Sequence record: CM128185.1
DNA length: 32,000 nt
Reading direction: 5' to 3' (one strand)
The position numbers were made by a program, and so were the translations under genes. A model generated the notes under the pieces. That model was given only the letters and a program-made list of their open reading frames with translations, did not search any database and had not been told where the DNA came from. Positions 1 through 15,479 of the stretch are shown one piece after another (the stretch's first letter is position 1; each line of letters starts with the position of its first letter).

Positions 1-240
1 GAATAATAAATATAAAAATTTAGCTTTTATTATTAAAACATGGTTTTATATTTATCTATTTTTTTATAGAGTTTAATTTTTAAAATTTTAAATTAGATCA
101 ATTTTAAAAATTATTTAGAAAGCAACAATAATAAATATTATAATTTTTTTATAATTAAATATATTATAAAATAGAAATTTCAATCAATATTATTTAGTTA
201 GTTGAATTTACCCTCGAGAGGGAAAGGAGAATTTTTCGCC

Positions 241-2496
241 ATGACAATTAGCCCCCCAGAACGCGAATCTAAAAAAGTTAAAATTCTTGTAGATCAAAAT
301 CCTGTAGAAACGAACTTTGAAAGATGGGCAAAACCTGGTCATTTTTCACGCACGTTAGCAAAAGGTCCAAATACAACTACATGGATTTGGAACTTACATG
401 CAGATGCACATGATTTTGATACACAAACAAGTGATCTAGAAGATATTTCGCGAAAAGTGTTTAGTGCACATTTTGGTCAACTCGGTATTATTTTTATCTG
501 GTTAAGTGGTATGTATTTTCACGGCGCACGTTTTTCAAATTATGAAGCATGGTTAACAGACCCTATTCATATTAAACCAAGTGCGCAAGTTGTATGGCCA
601 ATTGTAGGCCAAGAAATGCTGAATGCTGATGTTGGTGGCGGATTTCAAGGGATTCAAATTACATCTGGATTTTTCCAACTTTGGCGTGCTTCAGGTATTA
701 CTAGTGAGCTTCAATTATATACTACAGCGATTGGTGGTCTTGTATTCGCTGCAGCTATGTTTTTTGCAGGTTGGTTTCATTACCATAAAGCAGCGCCTAA
801 ATTAGAATGGTTTCAAAACGTAGAGTCTATGCTAAATCACCATTTAGCAGGTCTTTTAGGTCTTGGAAGTTTAGCATGGGCTGGGCACCAAATTCACGTG
901 TCTCTTCCAATAAACAAGCTTCTTGATGCTGGTGTTGATCCCAAAGAAATACCACTCCCACATGAATATATTTTTCATCCAGAATATCTTGCACAATTAT
1001 ACCCAAGTTTTGGCAAAGGATTAGTACCGTTTTTTACACTTGATTGGAATCAATATAGCGATTTCTTAACTTTTAAAGGCGGTTTAAACCCAATTACTGG
1101 AAGTTTATGGCTAACAGATACTGCCCATCATCATCTTGCTATTGCTGTTCTTTTTATTATTGCAGGACACCAATATCGTACTAATTGGGGTATTGGACAT
1201 AGTATCAAAGAAATTCTAGAAGCACATAGCGGTCCATTTACTGGGCAAGGTCATAAAGGTTTATATGAAATATTAACAACTTCTTGGCATGCTCAATTAG
1301 CTATTAACTTAGCTTTATTTGGTTCATTATCTATCATTGTTGCTCAGCATATGTATTCAATGCCACCTTATCCATATTTGGCAACTGATTATGGTACTCA
1401 ATTATCTATTTTCACACATCATACATGGATTGGTGGATTTTGTATTGTAGGTGCTGGGGCACATGCTGCTATTTTTATGGTTCGTGATTATGATCCTTAT
1501 AATAATTATAATAATTTATTAGATCGTGTTTTACGCCATAGAGATGCAATAATTTCTCATTTAAATTGGGTATGTATTTTCTTAGGTTTTCATAGTTTTG
1601 GATTATATATCCATAATGATACTTTAAGTGCTTTAGGACGTCCTCAAGATATGTTTTCAGATACTGCAATACAACTACAACCCGTTTTTGCACAATGGAT
1701 TCAAAACATTCATGCGACAGCTCCAGGTTTCACTGCTCCAAATGTATTAGATCCTACAAGTTTTACTTGGAGTAATAATATTGTAGCAATTGGTGGGAAA
1801 GTAGCAATGATGCCAATTCCATTAGGTACAGCTGATTTTTTAGTACATCATATTCATGCTTTTACTATTCACGTAACGGTTTTAATTTTGTTAAAAGGTG
1901 TACTATATGCTCGTAGTTCTCGATTAATCCCTGATAAATCAAATTTAGGGTTTAGATTTCCTTGTGACGGTCCGGGTCGTGGAGGAACATGTCAAGTTTC
2001 TGCTTGGGATCACGTGTTTTTAGGTTTATTTTGGATGTATAATTCTTTATCAATTGCTATTTTTCATTTTAGTTGGAAAATGCAATCAGATGTTTGGGGT
2101 ACTGTAACAGCAAACGGCGTTTCTCATATTACTGGTGGTAATTTTGCTCAAAGTGCGAACACTATTAATGGGTGGTTACGTGACTTTTTATGGGCTCAGT
2201 CATCACAAGTTATTCAATCATACGGGTCAGCACTTTCTGCTTATGGACTTATTTTCTTAGGAGCACATTTTGTTTGGGCTTTTAGTTTAATGTTTTTATT
2301 TAGTGGACGTGGTTACTGGCAAGAATTGATCGAATCTATTCTTTGGGCACATAATAAATTAAAAGTGGCTCCAGCTATTCAACCTCGTGCTTTAAGTATT
2401 ACACAAGGTCGGGCTGTGGGTGTAGCTCATTATTTATTAGGTGGTATTGCAACCACATGGTCATTCTTCTTAGCAAGAATTTTAGCTGTGGGTTAA
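241..2496 (+). CDS. psaA: photosystem I P700 apoprotein A1, uninterrupted (not trans-spliced)
   Basis: In ORF 202..2496 the first ATG (241) gives MTISPPERE..., the canonical PsaA N-terminus, 751 aa. [12 protein letters not shown] Fx-cluster motif present. AAGGAG at 224-229. TAA stop. Confidence 0.97.
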   Translation: MTISPPERESKKVKILVDQNPVETNFERWAKPGHFSRTLAKGPNTTTWIWNLHADAHDFDTQTSDLEDISRKVFSAHFGQLGIIFIWLSGMYFHGARFSNYEAWLTDPIHIKPSAQVVWPIVGQEMLNADVGGGFQGIQITSGFFQLWRASGITSELQLYTTAIGGLVFAAAMFFAGWFHYHKAAPKLEWFQNVESMLNHHLAGLLGLGSLAWAGHQIHVSLPINKLLDAGVDPKEIPLPHEYIFHPEYLAQLYPSFGKGLVPFFTLDWNQYSDFLTFKGGLNPITGSLWLTDTAHHHLAIAVLFIIAGHQYRTNWGIGHSIKEILEAHSGPFTGQGHKGLYEILTTSWHAQLAINLALFGSLSIIVAQHMYSMPPYPYLATDYGTQLSIFTHHTWIGGFCIVGAGAHAAIFMVRDYDPYNNYNNLLDRVLRHRDAIISHLNWVCIFLGFHSFGLYIHNDTLSALGRPQDMFSDTAIQLQPVFAQWIQNIHATAPGFTAPNVLDPTSFTWSNNIVAIGGKVAMMPIPLGTADFLVHHIHAFTIHVTVLILLKGVLYARSSRLIPDKSNLGFRFPCDGPGRGGTCQVSAWDHVFLGLFWMYNSLSIAIFHFSWKMQSDVWGTVTANGVSHITGGNFAQSANTINGWLRDFLWAQSSQVIQSYGSALSAYGLIFLGAHFVWAFSLMFLFSGRGYWQELIESILWAHNKLKVAPAIQPRALSITQGRAVGVAHYLLGGIATTWSFFLARILAVG

Positions 2497-2503
2497 TAAA
2501 CTG

Positions 2504-2540
2504 TAACAATTTAGAGGTTTTTGTAACCTCTAAATTGTTA
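2504..2540 (+). terminator. psaA 3' / psaA-psaB intercistronic inverted repeat: 16-bp perfect stem, 5-nt loop
   Basis: taacaatttagaggtt (2504-2519) is the reverse complement of aacctctaaattgtta (2525-2540). Confidence 0.75.
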
Positions 2541-2580
2541 AATGAGTCGTTTTTTTATTTGTTAAAATATATGTATTAGT

Positions 2581-2600
2581 GCAATCTTTTTAAAGATTGC
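2581..2600 (+). promoter_or_regulatory. psaB 5'-leader stem-loop just upstream of the SD
   Basis: gcaatcttt (2581-2589) pairs with aaagattgc (2592-2600), 8 nt upstream of AGGAG (2608-2612). Confidence 0.5.
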
Positions 2601-2621
2601 CTTTAATAGGAGAATTATAAA

Positions 2622-4826
2622 ATGGCAACAAAATTTCCAAAATTTAGTCAAGCCTTAGCACAAGATCCAACTACACGTAGGCTTTGGTATGGTTTAGCCA
2701 CAGCTCATGATTTCGAAAGTCATGATGGTATGACTGAAGAACGTCTTTATCAAAAAATATTTGCATCACATTTTGGCCAATTAGCGATTATATTTCTTTG
2801 GACTTCTGGAAACCTTTTTCATGTAGCTTGGCAAGGAAATTTCGAGCAGTGGGTTCAAGATCCTCTTCATATCCGACCAATAGCTCATGCAATCTGGGAT
2901 CCACATTTTGGGCAGCCGGCCGTGGAAGCTTTTACACGTGGCGGTGCTTCAGGTCCAGTAAATATATCTACATCTGGTGTTTATCAATGGTGGTTTACTA
3001 TTGGGCTACGAACTAACCAAGATTTATATAATGGATCTATTTTTTTAATTATACTTTCAGCATTATTTCTATTTGCAGGCTGGTTACATCTTCAACCTTC
3101 TTTTCAGCCAACGCTTTCATGGTTTAAAAATGCAGAATCGCGATTAAATCACCATTTAGCAGGTCTGTTTGGAATAAGTTCTCTAGCTTGGGCAGGTCAT
3201 TTAATTCATGTGGCTATTCCTGAATCTCGTGGGCAACATGTACGTTGGAATAATTTTCTGACTGTTTTACCACATCCGGCTGGATTAACTCCTTTTTTTA
3301 CAGGTAATTGGGTTGTATATGCTCAAAACCCAGATGCAGCTACTCATGTTTGGAATACTAATGAAAACGCTGGGAGTGCTATTTTAACATTCTTAGGAGG
3401 GTTTCATCCTGAAACTCAAAGTCTTTGGTTAACAGATATGGCACATCATCATCTTGCTATTGCTGTTGTTTTCATATTAGCCGGACACCAATATAGAACA
3501 ATTTTTGGTATTGGGCATAGTATCAAAGAAATTCTAGAAAGTCACACTCCTCCGTCAGGAAATTTAGGTGCTGGTCATAAAGGTATTTATGATACTCTTA
3601 ATAATTCTTTACACTTTCAATTAGGGTTAGCTTTAGCGAGTCTTGGCACAATTACATCTTTAGTAGCACAACATATGTATTCGTTACCACCGTATGCTTA
3701 CTTAGCGCAAGATTTCACTACACAAGCATCTTTATATACACATCATCAGTACATTGCTGGGTTTTTATTAACAGGTGCATTTGCACATGGTGCTATATTT
3801 TTTGTTCGTGATTATGATCCAGAAGCAAATCGTGGCAACGTGTTGGCACGTATTTTAGATCATAAAGAAGCTATTATTTCACATTTAAGTTGGGTTAGTT
3901 TATTTTTAGGTTTTCATACATTAGGATTATATGTACATAATGATGTAATGCAAGCTTTTGGGACTCCAGAAAAGCAAATTCTAATCGAACCTGTTTTTGC
4001 TCAATGGATTCAAGCTTCTCATGGTAAAACTGTTTATAATTTTGACTTTTTATTATCATCATCAACCAGTGCTCCAAGTATTGCTGGTCAAAATTTATGG
4101 TTACCTGGATGGTTAGAATCAATTAATAATGAAAGTAATTCATTATTTTTAAACATAGGCCCTGGTGATTTCTTAGTGCATCATGCAATTGCTTTAGGAC
4201 TACATACAACTACATTAATTGGGATCAAAGGTGCTCTAGACGCGCGTGGTTCAAAATTAATGCCAGATAAAAAAGATTTTGGTTATGCTTTCCCTTGTGA
4301 TGGTCCTGGACGTGGTGGTACTTGTGATATTTCAGCTTGGGATGCTTTCTATCTTGCTATTTTCTGGATGTTAAATACTATAGGTTGGGTTACTTTTTAT
4401 TGGCATTGGAAACATCTTGGCATTTGGCAAGGTAATGTTAGTCAATTTAATGAATCGTCTACTTATTTAATGGGTTGGCTTCGAGATTATTTATGGCTTA
4501 ATTCTTCACAACTTATTAATGGTTATAATCCTTTTGGGATGAATAGTCTTTCTGTTTGGGCGTGGATGTTTTTATTTGGTCATTTAGTGTATGCAACAGG
4601 ATTTATGTTCTTAATTTCTTGGCGTGGTTATTGGCAAGAATTAATTGAGACTTTAGCTTGGGCTCACGAAAGAACACCTTTAGCTAATCTAATTCGTTGG
4701 CGCGACAAACCAGTAGCACTTTCTATTGTTCAAGCACGTTTAGTGGGTTTAGCACATTTTTCTGTTGGCTATATTCTTACTTATGCTGCTTTCTTAATTG
4801 CTTCGACTTCTGGTAAATTCGGTTAA
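2622..4826 (+). CDS. psaB: photosystem I P700 apoprotein A2
   Basis: 734-aa ORF starting [42 protein letters not shown] motif present. AGGAG at 2608-2612. Lies 125 nt downstream of psaA. Confidence 0.97.
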   Translation: MATKFPKFSQALAQDPTTRRLWYGLATAHDFESHDGMTEERLYQKIFASHFGQLAIIFLWTSGNLFHVAWQGNFEQWVQDPLHIRPIAHAIWDPHFGQPAVEAFTRGGASGPVNISTSGVYQWWFTIGLRTNQDLYNGSIFLIILSALFLFAGWLHLQPSFQPTLSWFKNAESRLNHHLAGLFGISSLAWAGHLIHVAIPESRGQHVRWNNFLTVLPHPAGLTPFFTGNWVVYAQNPDAATHVWNTNENAGSAILTFLGGFHPETQSLWLTDMAHHHLAIAVVFILAGHQYRTIFGIGHSIKEILESHTPPSGNLGAGHKGIYDTLNNSLHFQLGLALASLGTITSLVAQHMYSLPPYAYLAQDFTTQASLYTHHQYIAGFLLTGAFAHGAIFFVRDYDPEANRGNVLARILDHKEAIISHLSWVSLFLGFHTLGLYVHNDVMQAFGTPEKQILIEPVFAQWIQASHGKTVYNFDFLLSSSTSAPSIAGQNLWLPGWLESINNESNSLFLNIGPGDFLVHHAIALGLHTTTLIGIKGALDARGSKLMPDKKDFGYAFPCDGPGRGGTCDISAWDAFYLAIFWMLNTIGWVTFYWHWKHLGIWQGNVSQFNESSTYLMGWLRDYLWLNSSQLINGYNPFGMNSLSVWAWMFLFGHLVYATGFMFLISWRGYWQELIETLAWAHERTPLANLIRWRDKPVALSIVQARLVGLAHFSVGYILTYAAFLIASTSGKFG

Positions 4827-4833
4827 ATTTTTT

Positions 4834-4870
4834 TAATTACTCTTTTATTAATAAAATAAAAGAGTAATTA
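4834..4870 (+). terminator. psaB 3' inverted repeat: 15-bp perfect stem, 7-nt loop
   Basis: taattactcttttat (4834-4848) is the reverse complement of ataaaagagtaatta (4856-4870). Confidence 0.75.
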
Positions 4871-4894
4871 TTATTACTGTTAAAATTTTTTGCG

Positions 4895-4919
4895 GTGTAA
4901 AAAGTTACGATTTTTACAC
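4895..4919 (+). terminator. second small stem-loop after psaB: 9-bp stem
   Basis: gtgtaaaaa (4895-4903) pairs with tttttacac (4911-4919). Confidence 0.5.
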
Positions 4920-5146
4920 TTTTTTATTTTTATGATATAATATAAAAAACTGGTTGTATGTAATTACTATTTATTACTTGTATAAGTACTAATATGATTA
5001 ATTTAAGATTATTTTTTATTATTAATAAAATTTAATAATTTCTTATTAGTAGAATTTATTAATAATTTATATATATACTTATTTTTAAAAAGTATTTTTA
5101 AATTTACAAAATTTAAAAAATTACAAACACTACAAAAATCAACTAA

Positions 5147-6604
<1,458 letters not shown>

Positions 6605-6610
6605 TTTTTT

Positions 6611-6652
6611 GGTTACTATAGATTTTTTATAGTAACCTAAAAAATCTATAGT
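6611..6652 (+). terminator. atpB 3' region with two overlapping, mutually exclusive inverted repeats
   Basis: Stem A pairs ggttactata (6611-6620) with tatagtaacc (6628-6637). Stem B pairs actatagatttttt (6615-6628) with aaaaaatctatagt (6639-6652). The two stems share nucleotides. Confidence 0.7.
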
Positions 6653-6749
6653 TTATAGTTATATAAATTTATACAAAATATTTAAGTAAATACTTGTTTT
6701 TTAATTATAAAAATGAGTATTATTAAAATTAGGGATAAACTAAAAAATT

Positions 6750-7154
6750 ATGGTACTTCAAGTTTCAGTTATGACACCGGATGGTATTTTTTGGGATAAT
6801 AAAGCTGAAGAGGTAATACTTCCCACAAATACTGGCCAAATGGGAGTATTAGCTAATCACGCACCACTAATTACAGCATTAGATGTCGGTGTAACATTAA
6901 TTCGTACTGATAAAAAATGGACTCCATTAGCTGTTATGGGTGGTTTTGCATTAGTAAAACAAAATCAAATAACAATTTTAGTAAATGGAGCAGAATCTGC
7001 AGATACTTTACAATCAGAAAAAGTAGAAGCTTCGTTTGAAGAAGCCAAAAATCAATTAGAAAATGCAGAAAGCGAAAAACAAAGAGTAGATGCTCTTTTT
7101 CAATTTAAGCGCGCAAGAGCTCGATATCAAGTAATTAAACAGTTAGTTAATTAA
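6750..7154 (+). CDS. atpE: ATP synthase CF1 epsilon subunit
   Basis: 134-aa ORF directly after atpB. Contains the ILPTNTGQMGVLANHAPLITALDVG epsilon signature. Separated from atpB by 145 nt, so no ATGA overlap. Confidence 0.93.
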   Translation: MVLQVSVMTPDGIFWDNKAEEVILPTNTGQMGVLANHAPLITALDVGVTLIRTDKKWTPLAVMGGFALVKQNQITILVNGAESADTLQSEKVEASFEEAKNQLENAESEKQRVDALFQFKRARARYQVIKQLVN

Positions 7155-7208
7155 TTTTTTTAATTAAAAAGCATTTTGTTAAACAAATTTAAATAATAAA
7201 AATTGAAT

Positions 7209-7832
7209 ATGTCGCGTTATAGAGGTCCACGATTGCGTGTTATACGCCGTTTAGGTGAATTACCTGGTTTTTCAAAAAAAGTAGATAAAAACCAGGTTCC
7301 ACCAGGTCAACATGGATGGAAAAAAAAGACAGGTGATCAAAAAAAATTAAAAGAATCACAATACGGTATTCGTCTTAAAGAAAAACAAAAATTAAGATAT
7401 AATTATGGAATTAATGAGCGCCAACTTATAAATTATGTACGGGAAGCTCGTCGACGGAAAGGATCTACTGGAGAAGTATTATTACAACTTTTAGAAATGC
7501 GATTAGATAATATCATTTATCGTTTAGGATTTGCGCCCACTATTCCTGCAGCACGTCAACTTATAAGCCACGGTCATATTAGTATAAACAAGAAAAACAT
7601 TAATATTCCAAGTTATACTTGCAAAATTAATGATAATATTTCGGTTTTAAAAAATTCTCAACAATTAGTAAAAAATTATTTAAATAATGCAGGTATTGCT
7701 ACTGTTTCTTCTTATTTAAATCTAAATAAAGAAACATTAGAAGCTAGTGTTAATAACATCGTACCACGCGATTTAATTAAACTCCAAGTTAATGAATTAT
7801 TAGTTATTGAGTATTATTCTAGAAAATTATAA
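7209..7832 (+). CDS. rps4: ribosomal protein S4
   Basis: The ORF opens at TTG 7203, but the first ATG (7209) gives [16 protein letters not shown], the standard S4 N-terminus. An S4 RNA-binding domain ([14 protein letters not shown]) is present. Confidence 0.95.
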   Translation: MSRYRGPRLRVIRRLGELPGFSKKVDKNQVPPGQHGWKKKTGDQKKLKESQYGIRLKEKQKLRYNYGINERQLINYVREARRRKGSTGEVLLQLLEMRLDNIIYRLGFAPTIPAARQLISHGHISINKKNINIPSYTCKINDNISVLKNSQQLVKNYLNNAGIATVSSYLNLNKETLEASVNNIVPRDLIKLQVNELLVIEYYSRKL

Positions 7833-7835
7833 TCA

Positions 7836-7875
7836 TTATATCTTTATGCTTAAGGTGCTAAGCATAAAGATATAA
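7836..7875 (+). terminator. rps4 3' inverted repeat: 17-bp perfect stem, 6-nt loop
   Basis: ttatatctttatgctta (7836-7852) is the reverse complement of taagcataaagatataa (7859-7875). Lies 13 nt upstream of trnS(GGA). Confidence 0.75.
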
Positions 7876-7888
7876 GATCATTAAATGC

Positions 7889-7977
7889 GGAAAGATGTCT
7901 GAGTGGTTGAAGGTATAGATCTGGAACATCTATGTGATGCTTTTATATCACCGAGGGTTCGAATCCCTCTCTTTCCG
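7889..7977 (+). tRNA. trnS: tRNA-Ser(GGA)
   Basis: Cloverleaf read by hand. Acceptor ggaaaga/tctttcc, anticodon loop ct-GGA-ac, long variable arm, T-loop ttcgaat. Confidence 0.9.
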
Positions 7978-7984
7978 TCTTTTT

Positions 7985-8068
7985 GCGATTATGATGAAAT
8001 TGGTAGACATGCAAGCTTGAGGGGTTTGTGGGTAAACACCCATCCCGGTTCAAGTCCGGGTAATCGCA
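7985..8068 (+). tRNA. trnL: tRNA-Leu(GAG)
   Basis: Acceptor gcgatta/taatcgc, 3-bp D stem atg/cat, anticodon stem caagc/gtttg with loop tt-GAG-gg (G37), long variable arm tgggt-aaac-accca, T arm cccgg-ttcaagt-ccggg. Confidence 0.85.
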
Positions 8069-8093
8069 AAAAATATTTAATTTAGCAATATTA

Positions 8094-8123
8094 TTGACAA
8101 ATAAAAAAATTTATATTTATACT
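8094..8123 (+). promoter_or_regulatory. candidate sigma70-type (PEP) promoter for trnN: TTGACA-N18-TATACT
   Basis: Exact TTGACA at 8094-8099 and TATACT at 8118-8123. The trnN 5' end (8139) lies 15 nt after the -10 box. Confidence 0.4.
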
Positions 8124-8138
8124 AAAATTATTATTAAA

Positions 8139-8210
8139 TCCTCAGTAGCTCAGCGGTAGAGCGATCGGCTGTTAACCGATTGGTCGTAGGTTCAATCCCT
8201 ACCTGGGGAG
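8139..8210 (+). tRNA. trnN: tRNA-Asn(GUU)
   Basis: Acceptor tcctcag/ctgggga, anticodon loop ct-GTT-aa. Close to the plastid trnN sequence as I recall it. Confidence 0.92.
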
Positions 8211-8289
8211 AAAAAATTAAAATAAAAATTTGGTTTTATAACTTATTTAATTATTATATAAATAACAGCATAAAAATTAGTTATTGTTT

Positions 8290-8324
8290 AAAGAAGTTAT
8301 AATACTATAATTATTAACTTCTTT
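8290..8324 (+). other. imperfect inverted repeat in the trnN-psaC spacer
   Basis: aaagaagtta (8290-8299) pairs with taacttcttt (8315-8324), with further AT pairs inside. It could be the psaC 5'-UTR or a 3' element of the tRNA cluster. Confidence 0.35.
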
Positions 8325-8380
8325 TCAATTTATAATAATTATAAATACGTTATATAATAATTTTGAAATTTTATATCTAA

Positions 8381-8702
<322 letters not shown>

Positions 8703-8761
8703 TAAAGAGAGGCTGATTGGATTGATACTTAAACTTATAAAAAGTAATTTATTTTTTGTGA

Positions 8762-10300
<1,539 letters not shown>

Positions 10301-10348
10301 TAAAGGAAACTAAATTTATTTTATTATTCTTTTATATCATATATATAT

Positions 10349-10373
10349 TACCTACGTAAAAAAAACGTAGGTA
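10349..10373 (+). other. stem-loop in the 16S-trnI spacer
   Basis: tacctacgt (10349-10357) pairs with acgtaggta (10365-10373) around an A7 loop, 10 nt upstream of trnI. Likely a processing structure. Confidence 0.4.
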
Positions 10374-10383
10374 TTATATACTC

Positions 10384-10457
10384 GGGCTATTAGCTCAGTT
10401 GGTGAGAGCGCACCCCTGATAAGGGTGAGGTCGCTGGTTCAAATCCAGCATAGCCCA
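10384..10457 (+). tRNA. trnI: tRNA-Ile(GAU), intron-less
   Basis: gggctat acceptor, anticodon loop ct-GAT-aa, continuous cloverleaf. The genomic sequence continues with cca (10458-10460). Confidence 0.95.
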
Positions 10458-10481
10458 CCAATAAAAAAAATTATAATATTT

Positions 10482-10554
10482 GGGAATATAGCTCAGCTGG
10501 TAGAGCGCTGCCCTTGCAAGGCAGATGTCAGCGGTTCAAGTCCGCTTATTTCCA
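10482..10554 (+). tRNA. trnA: tRNA-Ala(UGC), intron-less
   Basis: Acceptor gggaata/tatttcc with the G3:U70 Ala identity pair. Anticodon loop tt-TGC-aa. The genomic sequence continues with cca (10555-10557). Confidence 0.95.
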
Positions 10555-10593
10555 CCAAAAATGTTAAAAAATTTTTTTTACATTTTAGAACAT

Positions 10594-13591
<2,998 letters not shown>

Positions 13592-13617
13592 AGAAAATAC
13601 AAAAATTTATTTTAAAA

Positions 13618-13738
13618 TACCTAGTGTTCATGCTTGTGTGGAACCACCTTATTCCATCCCGAACTAAGAAGTGAAACGCGCAAGGGGCGAAGATACTAAA
13701 AGGGGGGCCTTTTGGGAAAATAGCTTAATGCTAGGTAA
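13618..13738 (+). rRNA. rrf: 5S ribosomal RNA
   Basis: Contains ccatcccgaac and the ...gggaaaatagct... core. Helix I forms between acctagtg and gctaggt. Lies about 27 nt after the 23S. Confidence 0.9.
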
Positions 13739-13759
13739 TTAATTTTAAAAATACAATAT

Positions 13760-14080
13760 TTAACTTCCTAATTTAAAAGCTTCTAAAAAAATACCTAATA
13801 AAAAACCACGCTTAAAGATATTAATTATAATTTTCATTTTTTTAATAATACTATTTTTATGGGTTTGTTTGCTTAATACATCAAAAAAGGAGTAGTTAAA
13901 AAAATTTAATAATTCTAATATAATATTAAAAAAAAATAAAGAAAAAAAATTATATGATATTTTTTTTGAATATATTCCTATTAAATTGCCGAATATAAAA
14001 CTACATAAAAGTAAAAAAAAGATTGAAATTTTAAAATTATAATTTTGAATATTAAAAGTTTTTTTTTGTAAATTTTTCAT
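13760..14080 (-). CDS. ycf20: small membrane protein, ycf20 (DUF565)-like
   Basis: 106-aa ORF with hydrophobic segments, an FGNLIGI motif and the C-terminus GFLLGIFLEAFKLGS. These match my recollection of Ycf20 (...FGNLFG..., ...DAFKVGS). Identified from memory only. Confidence 0.6.
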   Translation of the reverse strand: MKNLQKKTFNIQNYNFKISIFFLLLCSFIFGNLIGIYSKKISYNFFSLFFFNIILELLNFFNYSFFDVLSKQTHKNSIIKKMKIIINIFKRGFLLGIFLEAFKLGS

Positions 14081-14165
14081 TGAAAATATTTTATGTTAAT
14101 ATAATATACTAAAAGATAAAACTCCTCCTAGTATATTAAAATATTTGATAAAAAACTAATTTGAA

Positions 14166-15200
14166 TTAGTCTTCTCCTAAAAAAAAATCTTGTATTTTTT
14201 GAATAACACCTTTCGGAGGTACATCTAAATCAATGAAATATTCTTCTTTTCCTATTAACCTTCGAGCAGCATTTTCAAATGCAATACCCGACAGAGATAA
14301 TTTTTTATCTAATACTAGTGGTTCTCCCTTATTAGTTGAAATAATTACATTAGTATCTTCAGGTATTGCACCTAATAAAGGAATACCTAATGTTTCTTGG
14401 ACATCCATTACTGATAGCATAGTGCTGTTTTGAATCATATCCATACGAACACGATTTAATAATAATTTAGTATCAACAATTGTGTTTGCTTCTAATAGAC
14501 CAGCAACCCTATCAGCATCACGAATAGCAGTTATTTCAGGAGTTGTTACAATAATAGCTTCTTGTGCTGGCGCTATAGCATTTATAAAACCAACATCAAT
14601 ACCTGCTGGGCAATCGATTAATATAAATTGATAACCTAATTTTTTTATTGAAGAAACCAATTGTCGCATATGTTGTTGTGTTACATTATATTTTTGGTAA
14701 TTTCGAGAAACTGCTAATAATGCTAAATTCTTCCATCGCTTTTCTCGTACAAGTGCTTGGTCTAATCGACAACGCCCTTCAATAATATCCATAGCTGTAA
14801 AAGTAATACGATTTTCTAAACCTAATAATAAATCTAAATTTCGTAATCCTATGTCCGCATCAATTAAAGCAACACGATAACCAAATCTAGCTATAGACAT
14901 TCCTAAATTAGCAGTAGTTGTTGTTTTTCCTACACCTCCTTTCCCAGAAGTTATTACTATAACCCGAGGTTCTGGTTCATCAATATCTTTTTTAGTTGAG
15001 TTTTCTTCGGAGGTTGATTCTGGAATCATAGGTTCTTTTATTTTTTTTTTTTTTATTTCTTTGAGTTTCTCTTTTTCTAAACCTTTTTGTGGTTGTTCGT
15101 TATTTTTGGTTTCTTCCTCTTTTTCTTTAAGTAGTGGTTCTTCTACTTGCAATAATAATTGTTTTTCTTTTTTAGTTACTATTTCTTTTATTTTTATCAT
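14166..15200 (-). CDS. minD: septum-site determining ATPase MinD with an N-terminal Lys/Glu-rich extension
   Basis: 344-aa ORF. The core from about residue 78 (RVIVITSGKGGVGKTT deviant Walker A, DCPAGI) is typical MinD. GGAGGT lies 8 nt upstream of ATG 15200. An alternative internal ATG at 15029 would give 287 aa. Confidence 0.93.
   Translation of the reverse strand: MIKIKEIVTKKEKQLLLQVEEPLLKEKEEETKNNEQPQKGLEKEKLKEIKKKKIKEPMIPESTSEENSTKKDIDEPEPRVIVITSGKGGVGKTTTTANLGMSIARFGYRVALIDADIGLRNLDLLLGLENRITFTAMDIIEGRCRLDQALVREKRWKNLALLAVSRNYQKYNVTQQHMRQLVSSIKKLGYQFILIDCPAGIDVGFINAIAPAQEAIIVTTPEITAIRDADRVAGLLEANTIVDTKLLLNRVRMDMIQNSTMLSVMDVQETLGIPLLGAIPEDTNVIISTNKGEPLVLDKKLSLSGIAFENAARRLIGKEEYFIDLDVPPKGVIQKIQDFFLGED
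15041..15054 (-). repeat. A14 homopolymer (T14 on + strand) inside the minD extension
   Basis: The codons ata-aaa-aaa-aaa-aaa-ata (IKKKKI) form an uninterrupted 14-nt run. Confidence 0.95.
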
Positions 15201-15405
15201 AGTGATTTACCTCCATAAATAACTTATTGATTTTATTTTTAAAATTTTAAGAAATTTACATATAATATACTATTAAAATAAAATAATTGTTATTAAAAAC
15301 ATACTATTTTCATTGTTTTTAGATTACAAATCATTTAAGTTCTTATTAATGATAAGAAAAAGAGGTGCAATATTTTACGTTTTTTTTATTTAATTTTGCT
15401 TTTTT

Positions 15406-15479
15406 TGTGCTAGGAGGGAGTTGAACCCCCGACTCCATGGTTCGTAGCCATGTGCTCTAGTCCACTGAGCTACAAGCAC
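15406..15479 (-). tRNA. trnR: tRNA-Arg(ACG)
   Basis: The reverse complement gtgcttgtagctcagtggactagagcacatggctACGaaccatgg...ctagcac-a folds as a cloverleaf. One U:U mismatch in the acceptor stem. Confidence 0.88.

Noticed and set aside
202-240. N-terminal extensions implied by the ORF track for psaA (202), rps4 (7203), chlL (up to 17884) and psbN (up to 26192).
   Set aside because: Internal ATG codons give the canonical conserved N-termini and lengths. The upstream codons are non-ATG or AT-rich, unconserved-looking sequence. minD is the exception and is reported as a finding.
7903-8085. Track ORFs overlapping tRNA genes: 7903-8085, 10425-10628, 27315-27545 and 28848-29039.
   Set aside because: Each is explained entirely by two adjacent tRNA genes (trnS/trnL, trnI/trnA, trnS/trnG, trnW/trnP). 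None has a start-codon context or a protein-like sequence.
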